Source: Podarcis filfolensis
Lineage: Eukaryota
Direction: 5' to 3' (one strand)
Length of the DNA: 64,000 nucleotides
Assembly (NCBI GenBank): GCA_964270895.1
Contig: OZ185439.1
A model generated the notes under the pieces. That model was not told the origin of the DNA and searched no databases. It worked only from the letters and a program-made list of their open reading frames with translations. How positions within the stretch are numbered: the stretch's first letter is position 1; each line of letters starts with the position of its first letter. Of the stretch, positions 23,100 to 35,211 are shown piece after piece. The translations under genes and the position numbers were made by a program.

Positions 23100-26000
23100 T
23101 ATAGGAGTCTTAATGGTGTAGAATTTAGATTTATCACGAGGAACATAGTAGCCTTGTTAAATTTGGACATCTCCTTGGGAGGGTTGGGGAAGAAAACTGT
23201 CCGCTATTTCGTGCATTTAAGAAACACATAGTCACAGTGCCTTGCAATTTATAGATCCCTATTACGAGCCAAGTTGCTGTATGCTGTGTTTCGGTTTCCT
23301 GTCAGTGGGTTGGAGACAGGGCAGGAAGACTGAAATATGCAATGTGGGGCGAAGTTTCTGCCATCCTAGTACAGCTAGAGAGCTGCAAAGCTGAGCATGC
23401 TGCCATTCAGGAACCTCACATCATGTATTGTTTACTTTCTTAAACTCTTCTTGTTTTATTTCCTTTGCCCTTCACAACAAGAGCTAAAAATCCCCAGTGT
23501 GTGTTCTTTATTCTCTTTTGTGTTATGTCAGCAGCATTGAACTTGGGACGCTTTTAAAATTAGTTTTGCCCGTTTTTGGTTTCGTTATACGCTGTCCCTC
23601 CATTACGTGTGTGTGTGTGTGTGTGTGAGGGGGAGGGAGGAAGCGAACACAGTAAAATGGGAGCAGTTTCCTGAGGTATGATTCCATGTTTCCACGTAAA
23701 TATTGCAGTCACAGAGCTGGGTCCGGTCTCTTTGATCTTTCCCACCTGCCAGCTCCCTTTTCGCAAGGGTTAGATTAGGGAAAGTTCCATGCAGGTGGCC
23801 CCATCCATATGGCTGTGATATACACAAACATCCTCTCTTGCAGCAGCAGAGGATCATGTTATGTGGTTCTTGCACTGTTCTGTGTTTGTGAAGGAGCTTT
23901 AGAGAATTGAATCTGGACTTTCAGCCTTCAGAACTTCTAACTGTAAAAGCTCAGAGCAGGTTTGGAGATGACTGGTCTTCTCAGACTTATCTTCCATCTT
24001 GCTTTCAAGGAATAACCTCCTTCACCCTACCCCTGAACACTGGCATCCAACGTTGCCCTAATGTTTTGGAGCAATACTTTGCGCCCTATTCCAGTCATGC
24101 TCAGCTATTGAGAAAGCAGTCTGGGTTCACTGTAGGTTCCCACAGCTTTATCACTGAAGCAAAGTGCTGCTTTTGGGTTGGTGGCATTTTGCTTGAGGAG
24201 TAACTTTTGCCTTCACTTGAAATGCATTCTGTGTTTTTATATGTTGGATGCTTACAAGGATATCAGTGGGCCACTAGCAGGATAGTGATTGGCTCAACAC
24301 CTGAAGAGCACAAGGAAATAGGCAGCAGGTAGTGAGGTGCAGGGTGTTTGGGGGAGAGGACGGTGGCAGGGTTCTCTGGCTTGTGTCCCTTTTCTCAAGC
24401 CGTTTATGCCAACAAAATTTAATGGACACCCTTCTGGTGCAGCTAAAAGTAGAAGTAGCTAAAACAGTCACCTGAGAACCAGACAGTGTGTTTTAATGCT
24501 AGTGGAGAAACCTCCTTCTGGGCTCCAAGGCAAACAAAAGGATTGCTTCACCTTCAGATTTTCATTGCTCTCTATCTGTAGCGTCTTTAAGTCTGCAACT
24601 GTCTGCAGACTTAACATTGGCAAAGATAAAAGCCCTGAATCTAATGGCTTTGTTGCAGGCAGTTGCTCCTTTTTGCTTCTTTCTCTATTCTTCCCCCACC
24701 CCTTGTGGAGATTATTTCCTTTTTGAATCCCCTTGTTATCTCCATTATTGACATACCCTGTAATTTTCAAAATTGTCCACTATTAGGTCCCTGACTCAGT
24801 TTCTTCCCCCTTTGTCTGCAAGTGGGTGCTTGTCTGGTGTGGTGTTTAAATTTTATTTTAACCCCTTCTGGTCAGGCAAGTGTGGCTTTTAAAAACATAG
24901 GCACAGAAATCATAGGCTTTGCTAACATCCCTCTTCTTTGCGTTAATCACTGTGTAGCATTATGTCTGCACTGAGGTTAATGTTAACCATGGTTTGCTTT
25001 AGATGGGGTTTGTAAACCATCGTTGGCTTCTCACACCTGCTCTACTAGCTTGGATTCAGTATTGTTCATAGCCCTATTTGCTTTTCCTAGATGCCTCTGT
25101 TGCATGGGCAGCTAGCTTTGGGCTGTGTACCATATCCATCCCATCCACCCCTCTCTGTTTTACACTCAACTGGCTTCACTGGTTTCTGGCTGGAAGCCAG
25201 ATGGTGCTTTTTTCTATTAGCATTCTAACTCACTTGCTAATCTCTCTGCCCCCCTCCTTGAAATTCTACAAGATTGCTTCAAGTGGGCCTGCTCACTTCA
25301 GTAAACAAGCTGAGACTATGTCCATTGGCGGCACTTTTTATAAATTCTTGGGACAAATATTTCCCCAGTGCTTTCTTTCTGCACTTTTCCAAAGTGTGCA
25401 GCTTCGTTTAAGCTGTGAGTCAAATCTGTGAGATGTGTTTTAATAGTCTCTCCACCCACAACCTGCACATTTTTGAAACGTGTGCACGTATTTAAAATAT
25501 TTATATCCCATCTTTCAGCTGAAGTTCCATTTGGACCCAGACATAATTCACTGTTGCTGCCACTGTGTGTGAGAATACCAAACAGAACAATCCTGACCTT
25601 AACCTCCCTGACTCGTTTTGTAAATAAACTCAGGAAAACTAGATCAAGTATTTCACATTCATTTATATCATATTCCTAAGTGTATGGTAAAATCTGCACG
25701 CATTTATTTCCAGTACTTCATATTAATAACTTGTAAGACAAAGTGCTAGATGCAAATCTTATTCTTCTGTTATGTTCAGTTCTTAATAGACTTGTAGCAG
25801 TGTGCTTTCTTTCTTTTAGAAAGAAAAGACCCTGAATTTTACCCAGCAATTTGGATCTTGCAAATTATAGCTTAAATTTGCGAGTGATGTATGACTATTT
25901 TAAAGTTTTGCATGGAAGAACCTAAGGGCTTTGATTTTCTGGTACCCTATTCAGAATAAATGTATGCGTATTTATTGGTATCCATAGTACATTCTGAGTA

Positions 26001-29000
26001 CATAGTGCACTTTTAAAAACTAGAATGTGTGTAGTTTAATTTCAGGTTCTTTAGTTTCAGGTTCTAGGACTTGGCTGTGTACAAGTTTTGTCTCCCTTAA
26101 TAACAGTTCCTCTTTGGCCATATCTGTTTTCTCAAGTTGTCCCCTCACTGGAGGAATTTACCCCTCGGTAAATTCTTCCTTGCTTCTCTGTATAGTGTGC
26201 ACTTTGGGAAAATCTGCGTGTGATGTTATCATTTATATGTTGGAATAGCTGTGCCCACCTGATACACAGTAAAGCCTCTTCCCTTTGATGAAAGTGGTAG
26301 CTTTAGGTATGAGCTGTCAGCACCTCTGCTGCCAGAGAGTTGAAATGTGGTTCTGGGAAATCTAGATTCACGTCTAGTCAGCCTTATACATTCTGGATAA
26401 CCTTGGGGACTGGCTGCCTCTCAGCCCCAAGCCCCCACGTGCGAAAGGGAATTGTTGTGACCTTGTTCAGACGTTTCTTGAGTTGATAAGCAAAATAATT
26501 ATTGTAAAACACTTTGAAAATGAAATACTGCTGTATAAATGATTGATAATGCAGGAGCAAACCATTTTTATCCTCACGTATTTGACTAGCTGTGATGAAT
26601 GTTTCATTTTGGAGGTGAATCAGAGCACTTCTAAATGGTGAATCTCCTTTTGTAAAGGAAGCGTGCATACAAAAGTACATAATTTGTGTGGTAAGCCTGC
26701 TATGGGAGTGGACAAAGCATTTTTTAAAATATACAACCTTATTTTGTTCCCTGTCTGGTTTTGTGGAAACCAGTTTTGTTACAGCAGAAACTGGCAGTGT
26801 GTAACACTGATTTGTTTATAGACACTGGTAACGCCACTAAGCCATTTCCTCCCTCCTCCCTGAAATATTATTTAATTGTTTTTAAATTGATTCTACATTT
26901 CTAAAGGAGCAAAATGTACATGCAGCACCTTGAGGTAAAGTTACAAGAGCCCACTGAAGTATGAGGTGAGGGGCAAGGAAAGATAACTTGAGTCACTGGC
27001 CATTATATCAGTCAAACGTCCTCAAATGCATTTATGTCTGGTGGCACCTTAAAAATTTGTAAATGCTGAAACAAGTGGTTTCAGAGGAATGCTCAAGAGA
27101 TGCAAAAGAAATAAAAACCCTTTTCTGTCATTGATTGATGAGATCCTGGAGGATCTGTTTATGTTACAGACCTGAAGTCTTAGCTGTGTTTTCCACGAAG
27201 GTAGTGGGATCTGCGGAAACTGGTGGCATTATAATCCTGAAGGTTGGGTGCTTGAATGGGTGGAAGGATTATACATTACTACACCTACTTAACCATTTGG
27301 CCCAAGGGAGCAAGAAATGGATTTCTTGCCAAACCAGTGCTCCTACTGGCATCTTTGCACTGTGCCAGCCTTGCCCTTCCCCTTCTGGCAAGCCGCAGTG
27401 ATGCAATTGACTGGAGGTCAGGTGAGTGCTGCCCTCCCACTTTGCTGTCTCCTACTGCGAGTTGCTTTTAAGATGGGCCGAATGTCAGCCTTGGATTAGG
27501 TTATGTCTAAAGTCTGTTGGACTGAAGGTGGACATCCAGTGTGGAAAGGAAACTTGCCTGCAAGTTTCGGGATGGTAGTCTGGTTCTTTAGCTACGTGAC
27601 TGCTTTGCCTGCCTTGAAATTTGTGCTGTTGTTGTTTCCCAACCACAAGAGTTGTTTCCCCTGTTGCTACAAAGGCAGTAACTGATACAGCAGCGGCAGC
27701 TTGATGAGTGCACACTGCAAACATTATAGAAAGGAATAAGACTCCCTTCCCATCCCGATTCCTGATTAGAAGTATGTTCAGGCAGGTAAATGGAGTGTTG
27801 AAATTGACTTGTCCGAATCTCAAGCAGCTTCAGGCCTAGTTAATTCCACTCAGGAGAAGTTTAGAAAATGTGGTTGGAAAGCTATACTATATGGAGAAAA
27901 TGGATTTTAGAAATAAGATAATATTTTCGGGCTAGTGTGCTACTGCTTTGTGGCTTAGCTCATTTTGTGCTTAGAGATGCATGATTAAACAGGGGTTACG
28001 CACATTCCATTGGGTGCTTCAAAAACCACTCCATGCCTGGGGAACGAGTTTTGGGGTAGAATGAGCCCTGCCAAGACTCAAGGAACTTAAAATAAAATCA
28101 AGAGTTTGCAGTGCTGCAATTCCAGAAATTATTTCAAGAACAAAGTAAAGACATCCTTGAAATGATGGTATGTTAGTGTTTAATGGATTTGTGGCATGTT
28201 TAATGTTTTTTTCCAATAAGAACAGTAGTTACCTTCAGTCCCCTAAAACCTGTGCATTCTCTTACTGTGACTATAAGTGTGCATGCTCTTGCATTCAAAT
28301 CTGATATTGAAACTGTTGACAATTCAGTTTTTCTCTTTTTTCTTCATAACTTGGGTTTGTGTCATTGCCTGTGGCAAGGTAAAGGGGGCAATGAGCCAAC
28401 AGTTTAGTTACAGGGAAAGAATTATAGATTTATAACAAGCTATTAATATGTACGGAATGTAAGCCCCACATCTATGAGCTGAATAACCACATTCTGCAAC
28501 AAGAATGTGTTCTATCCATTCAGGAATTGTACATGTTTACTTTTTTGCATTATTAGTGCCGAGGCCACTGCATTTCTTCAGTGCAGGACTTTAAGTATTA
28601 TTTTCTTAAGATACTGGATCAGTGGCAGGTACTGCATCTAAACGTCAGTGCCCAGGAATATGTGAACTAGCCAGATCTCAGAGATATCACCTGAGCCAAC
28701 CACTGGGTCTGGATTTCCAGCTCATGTTTAGGTTTGTTCAGGTAAGGGATTCTGATGGAGCAGCTTGTTTGTTGCACATCACATTGCTACATAGACCCAT
28801 GAGCATAGCCAGGTAGAAACCACTTGGGAAGTTCTGGCGAAGAGAAGATGAGGTAATAAGAGCATAATTTTGCCAACCTATCAAGAGTGCTTTAGAACAT
28901 AAACAACTTATGTTCCTTAACTATCTCATTCTTTCCTATGTAGCAGGAAGATAACCCAAGCAAAGAATATGCACATAGCTGTTCCGATAAATAAAATCAT

Positions 29001-30909
29001 GAATGTTTGTGAACATGATAAATACACAGTAAATATACAGCCATTCACAGATGCATGAATTCTGATAATAGCATACAGGTGATAAGTCAATTTTATATGG
29101 TATGCTGGTTGCTATGATATCCATAAAGTTGGGTATCTTTCTGTGCAGACACCCATTTAAAATATTAATACTGTGTTAGGGAAATGAGATACACTTGCAG
29201 CCGAAGTGCAGCTTTGAAGGAACGGTGCAGACTATGTACAAAAACTTTTAAAATGATGGGGGGGGGGGCGGAAACCAAGTTTGGTGATGCTACCAGGTAG
29301 TGGCATATAATGCCCATTTTTAAAAAGCTGGATCAAATTAAGGGAGTACATTGCATATTGTTAACCCCAAAGAGTGAACATGCTTGTTTGCTACCATTGT
29401 TTCATAAGTGCCTATCTTCTCACTTCTGAGCATTTCTGCACCAGAATTGGCAGGTTCATGGAAATATTTGCGCCACCTCATGTCCATGCACCAAAGCATT
29501 TTTTTTTCCCTTTTGAAATCTTGGATTTAGAAAGGTTAGGTAGGCTGAGTGGGTTTTGTTTGGCTCTTGAAACTTGATGCAGAATTCCTTCCTTTTAAGG
29601 CAGATCGGATGGATGGATTCATGCATAGACAGAAGTAGGTGGTATCTCAGAAATGGTGTATCCTAAGAACAAGGATTGACTCAAAATCCTTGGAGCAGCC
29701 ATTTCCAAAGCTGCATTCAGTGATAAGTCCAGAGCTTGATTATTGAATTACACCTGAAGTGTTTTTAGGAAAGCAAAAACTTCAGTATAAATCAAGCTAA
29801 TCACTAAGTGTAGCTTTAGCTTATACTTCTAATGTTTTATACAACAGCATGCCAATAATTGTTGTGTTATGAAGACCTTGAGCAACAGACCCTGCTTTGT
29901 ACGATACAGATATTGGAGCTAATCTTGAGAAATGATTTTCTACATTCTCAACACTTTGAAAAGAATTAATTTGTTTCTGTGGGTAGACTGTCATATGGGG
30001 TGAATCTGTACTGAATCATGTACCGTACTGAGTCAAGCAATTGGTTATTCCAGGCATGACTCAGTTTAGATCCAAACCTTATTAGTGCCTGTTACTAATA
30101 GTACTATTTAATTTCTGTTCCATGTCAAAGCAGGTTATAACTTAGCCCGCATCCCCTCCTCATCTTGCAATAATTTTGTCAGGTTCATCACACTGGCATA
30201 GCTGCTTAACCAAAGCTATGCAGTGAACATCATGTCTGAAAATCAATCCTCATGTTACGCTATTCTTAACAAAGGGGTGTGTGGCACCCCTCCCCCTTCC
30301 CATGTCTCCTACAACCACAATCAACAATACATTGAGATTCATATATTTAGGTGTGTGCAACAGGAGGAACATAAATATTTTTATTTCTGCAGATGTCCAG
30401 GATCTCTTCTTTCTCCCCATCCGCTTTTGTTCTTCAACGTCACTGTCTGATGCTCCTTTTGTTCAGCTCTTCACTTTCTTTCCGCCAACATTCCCACTTC
30501 CATCACAAGGAAAAGGAGCCATTTGCAATGAAGCAAAGCTTCACAATTTAATTTTCATGATACATTTTGACTGTAGAATTTGAATTGTGTATTGGAAACT
30601 TCTACTAGGTTTTTTTGTATTATTTTACATATTAGTTGCTCAGTAAAAAAGAGTCTCTGGGCAACTTGCAAAAACTTATGAACCAAGGGCCATAGCATAA
30701 AAATGAAAAGGACACATCACAATAAAACCACCATCAGCCCTTTTTTGTTGGTGATCCATTTCAACCTTGCTTTTCATGATCTCCTGTTTATTTAAAAGGC
30801 ATTTCTAAACCACTCGATCTTTTTTTAAAAAAAATAATCACTAAGCGGTGTAGAATTATAGATGACCAAGGGCCATCTAGACCAACCGTCTTCAATGCAG
30901 GAATCTCAA

Positions 30910-31150
30910 CTAGATCATTATGTACAATATGAAACCAATATCCATTAAAACAAAATATAGCCTAAACCAATAAAACAATATAGAAACATATAAAAGCCAA
31001 TAAAACAGAGATTTATTTGTAGACATAAATCTGTGTCCAGTCTTACGGATCAGACAAAACCTGGACAAAAGGAAGTATTTACAAAACGTCTGAAGCAACT
31101 AAGGGCAGAGGGAAGGGCATTCCACAGAATGAGCAACAGCCGAAAACGCT
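30910..31150 (-). mobile_element. L2-clade LINE 3' fragment
   Basis: The minus strand contains a degraded match to the (R)AFSxxAxxLWNxLP-type L2 ORF2 end motif, with an A-rich tail on the + strand. Confidence 0.55.
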
Positions 31151-32635
31151 GATATTTCTACACTTAATCTCTCTCCCTCCCTCCACCTCCACCCATGTTT
31201 CAAAGGTTCCAGTCTTGTGATCACTCAACTTGGAGGAACCTGGAGGTGAAGTTTACATCATCATCCCAGCTAAGGGCTAAAATGTTTAAGCCCAAGCCTC
31301 CTGTCACTCATTTTGTTGGGGCGTCTCTATACACTGCTCAATACTGCACTAACCTATGGTCGTTCACTAAACTGCCCTCATTATTAGGAGTGGATGTTGG
31401 GTGATATGAAATCTCTTTCTGGGATGTTAGGTCTCATGGGGCTGTTTCACATAAGCAAATTATCTGCTGGTGCTGCAGTCACTGAATGATGAACATGCAT
31501 GTACGAACTTGCCCCAACAAATCTGGTGAGGCGGATTGTGAAGTAGAACTGCATAGATACTAAACTCCATTCCATTTTCTGTTATGGGGGTGGGGGGAGG
31601 ACATTTCCTATGACGCTTAAGTATTCTGCCAGCAGACCATTTCCCCTGACCTATCCATAGTGTGTCATTTATAGTCCGTGCGGTCAAACCACTAAATAAT
31701 AGTTGTGGGTGTGAAGAAACAGTGCCATAACTGTGCTTTACAAAGGGAGAAGCTTTTAATGGGAGCTATTTTGAGTCAGCCTGGGGAAGGAAATGGAGGA
31801 AACCAGAACTGCTTTGGAGAGATATTATTTATAAAGGCTTGTTATATCATCTGAGGGTTCCCCACCCCCCTTGCTTATACAGGGTGTGTGCTAACACTTG
31901 ATTCAATCTGGGTTTTGTTGTCTTTGGAGCAGGATTCTTTCTTCCCTCCGTGGTACCTTCACAATCTTGGAGATCTGATGTGGTTTATACAATGGTAGTT
32001 TGGCTATGACAGAGGGCCTGTTGTTCTGCTTCTATATTAGTTACTTTTCATCCAGTACTAAGCAACAAACATATACTCTTTGAGGGCAGGGAGGTATAAT
32101 CTGATTATGTTTAGGCAGTATTAGTGCTGCTACTGAAATTGACAAATATGTCCCTTAAGAGATTCCGCAGCAGCCGTGTATCCTGTTCAGTGTTCCTGGC
32201 AGCCTTCTCAGATGCATAGTGCTTCCCTCAAAGCTAAGGTTCCCACCATTTTGAACTGGCCTGGCTTCTGTACTGCTAATGATAGGTCTGAAATGGAGAA
32301 ATTTAGCAGCTAACATTTTCCTGCCTTGAAAAGCTTCACCTGTTTACTTCTGCGTTTCATTACTGGCTTTGATCCTGTGCCTTAGAAGGTCAAAACTGCA
32401 GGCCTGCACCAAATCTCTTTGGGAAGAGAGCTTTGGGAAGTTTCCTAACTTCCTTCATGCTATAGTAGTGGGTGTTTTGTACGCTTGCAATATCTGTATT
32501 CCCATAGCGTTTTCTTTTCAAACTCTTAGGATCAAAATATTCCCATCTGATTCCGTAATACGACATTTTCGGCTTCAAGGCTTGTTCAACAGTCAAGAGT
32601 TATTTGGCACCCACCATTCTTGAAGTCTAAAAACC

Positions 32636-32860
32636 TGTTTATTTGTGGATCCATTTTTAGCCTGCCTTTCCCCCAAGGACCTCGGGATGGTGTATTTGGT
32701 TATTTCTCCATTTTATCCTCACAGCATCTCAGTGAGGGTAGACTGAGCTGAGCAAGAATAACAGGCTCAAGGTCACCCCCTAGAAAGTTGCGTGGCTGAG
32801 AGGGAGTTTGAACCAGGGTCTTCCTGGTCTGATACTCTAACCACTGCACCACACTGGCTT
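32636..32860 (-). mobile_element. tRNA-derived SINE (Squam3/CORE-like)
   Basis: Reverse complement reads agccagtgtggtgcagtggttagag...ggttcaaactcc...gggtgaccttg...tgtgaggataaaatgg. Confidence 0.7.
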
Positions 32861-33187
32861 CTAGATCTTGTGCTGCAGTACAAAGAGGCACGCAAAACAA
32901 TCTTTGGGAAATGTTACAGAAAAATAAGTAGTGGCATGCCATGAATCGCTCCACAAACCGAAATCTCCTGACAAAAATAGGTTATTGGGTTCCCAGAAAA
33001 CAGAATGAGTTACAGAATTCTATGAAGATTTCAAACCAACTCTGCTACACTCCTTCAAGAAAGGAGTTGCAGCTATATGTTTGGTGTTTCCAAGCTTTTT
33101 TTAATAAATAAATTAACAGAAAATGTAAGAAATGTAATATAACCTCTGTACAGTGCAGAGTTGATGAATTACATTGTTTATTAATAG

Positions 33188-33278
33188 TGCAATCCTATAC
33201 ATGCTTACTCTGAACTACTGGTAAGTCCTGCTGTGTTCAAATGGGGTCTGGTCCCCAGTAAGTGGGTTTAGGATTGCA
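33188..33278. repeat. ~90-bp palindromic interspersed repeat (TGCAATCCTA...TAGGATTGCA family)
   Basis: Perfect 10-bp terminal inverted repeats. Related copies at ~51-139 and ~50226-50318, and a degraded reverse copy near 16110-16200. Confidence 0.7.
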
Positions 33279-34949
33279 TTCTCTTAGTCTACTACTGATG
33301 AAAAGAAAGTGAAACCATTCCTTCTCAAAAGTATCCAGTTTTACCTTTAACATGTGTTAAAATCTGTAAGGTTATATGTAGTTGTTATCTATACCCGAAT
33401 TCATTCATCTAGTCACACCTAGGTGGAAGTAACTTCTTTTTTTTAGTCTCTTGCAATCAACATTCGTTTCTTTTAAACAATTCAAATTAATTTCTAGCTT
33501 CTGGGACATCATACAATCACCTCTTATCATATGATGCAGTTTGCCCTGCATGTTCTAATTGGGCAGTAATAAATACGTGTAGGAAAAACGCATATTGTAA
33601 GGCAAGGAATGTTTATTTTACAGCAGGTATATGGCACAGAAAATTTGAACACAACATTTAGGTGCTAAAACAAAAAAGTATTACTTATGTAAAAAATATA
33701 TATTTTCACAGCTTCCTTACAGGATATTTTTCTCTAGGCAGTATACAAAAATAAAAACACAACTCTAATAATAGGACATAAAACACAAATTGCAGCAGCC
33801 TGCTAGTAGTAACTACGGACTAATCAAGCCTTTAAAACAGTGTATAGACCAACATAAAAATAGCCCCAAAAATCCTGATAACCAGCAGCAGATTAAAACC
33901 AGATGCTCTGAAAACAGCAGCAGCCTAAATAAAATCATCTAAATTAAAATCACCTTAATGCTTAGGAAGAAGGTTGCTGCCTAAGCAGAATCTAGTGGAA
34001 AATGCAGACTTCTAAGAGTTATCATATTTGAAATGGAACAGAAAAGTCTCCCGATTTAGATTGTCAGGAGTTGAAGTTTTTCTTTTTGACTCACTTACTG
34101 GAGTTATTTGCAGTGTGCCTATACTCTGATTATTCTAAACTGCACAAAAGTAACTTATTTTATTTGTTTATTTTGCATTTGTTCCTTTGGTGCAAGGATT
34201 TCCACTTCTGCAACAGAACTTTCCCCCTCTCCTCTCCTGGCAAGTTCCTTGCAAGCTCCTCAAATCCTCTGTGGAGTGTTGGAAGAACCTCACAGATTAG
34301 ATTTAGCAGGTGCAGGGAGAGGAGAGGGAGGAAGGAAGGAAGGGAAGTTCCACTGAACTGGCAACTCCACCCATTAACTCAAGTCTAACCTGTTTCATAG
34401 ACTTTTTGTGAGAAAGAAATAAGAGGGATTCATGTATGCCTTGACCTTCTCCTCGGAATAAAGGTGGAAAAGAAATGTCATGAATAATGCTCTATATTCA
34501 CCCTTTCTTATATGGGTTCTGGTGAACTCCACTGAGCACGATAGAGATGGGGGCGGGGAAACCCTGTGATTACAGATTCAGAATATCTGGTAAACAAGAG
34601 GCCCCTGGGAAATCATAATACAGGATCAAAGCTTCTAGTAGGAAGACTTTGTGAAAACGACATAACACTCTGGCTTGGGTGTATGATAATGGGACGAAAA
34701 CACTGGTTTTGGCAAGTGAGTGGCGCACATGCTCCTCCTCCCCCCCAAAGCAAACAACTTTGTTCCCTTGGTGCCTGGAGAAGTAGGAAAGCAGATCTGA
34801 GGGAACAGCATGTCCCTGTAGTATATTCTAGGTAATATTACTCTCTTAGGAAATGTGCAGTGTTCTCTAGCTGACCCTTTCTAAACTGTTGACAACTAGA
34901 AAAATTGGCTTATTAGGCTACATGTTTTCTTGAGAAAGAATGTGTAGAG

Positions 34950-35211
34950 CAGGGGTGCCCAAACTTTTTTCAAAGAGGGCCAGATTTGATGAAGTGAACA
35001 TGCGTGAGGACTGACCAAAGTTGTTGAATTTTTTTTAAGATTAAAGTTGAGCTTTTTTTACAATTTTACCCCTAAGTTGTTAAGATTTTTTAAGGATTGA
35101 AGTTATTGAGTTTTTTTAGGATTTGACCCCAAGGAATAAACTGCCACAGGGGCGGATTAAACTGTCACGGGGGCTGGATTAGGCCTCCGAAAAGGATTTT
35201 GAACATGCATG
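34950..35211. mobile_element. hAT (Charlie-like) non-autonomous element, 262 bp
   Basis: Starts CAGGGGTGCCCAAAC, ends degraded ...TTTGAACATGCATG. Exact 8-bp TSD GTGTAGAG (34942-49 and 35212-19). Confidence 0.88.

Noticed and set aside
15771-34599. Identical 15-mer ATCTGGTAAACAAGA at 15771 and 34585
   Set aside because: One or more exact 15-mer repeats are expected by chance in 64 kb of AT-rich DNA, and the flanks do not align.
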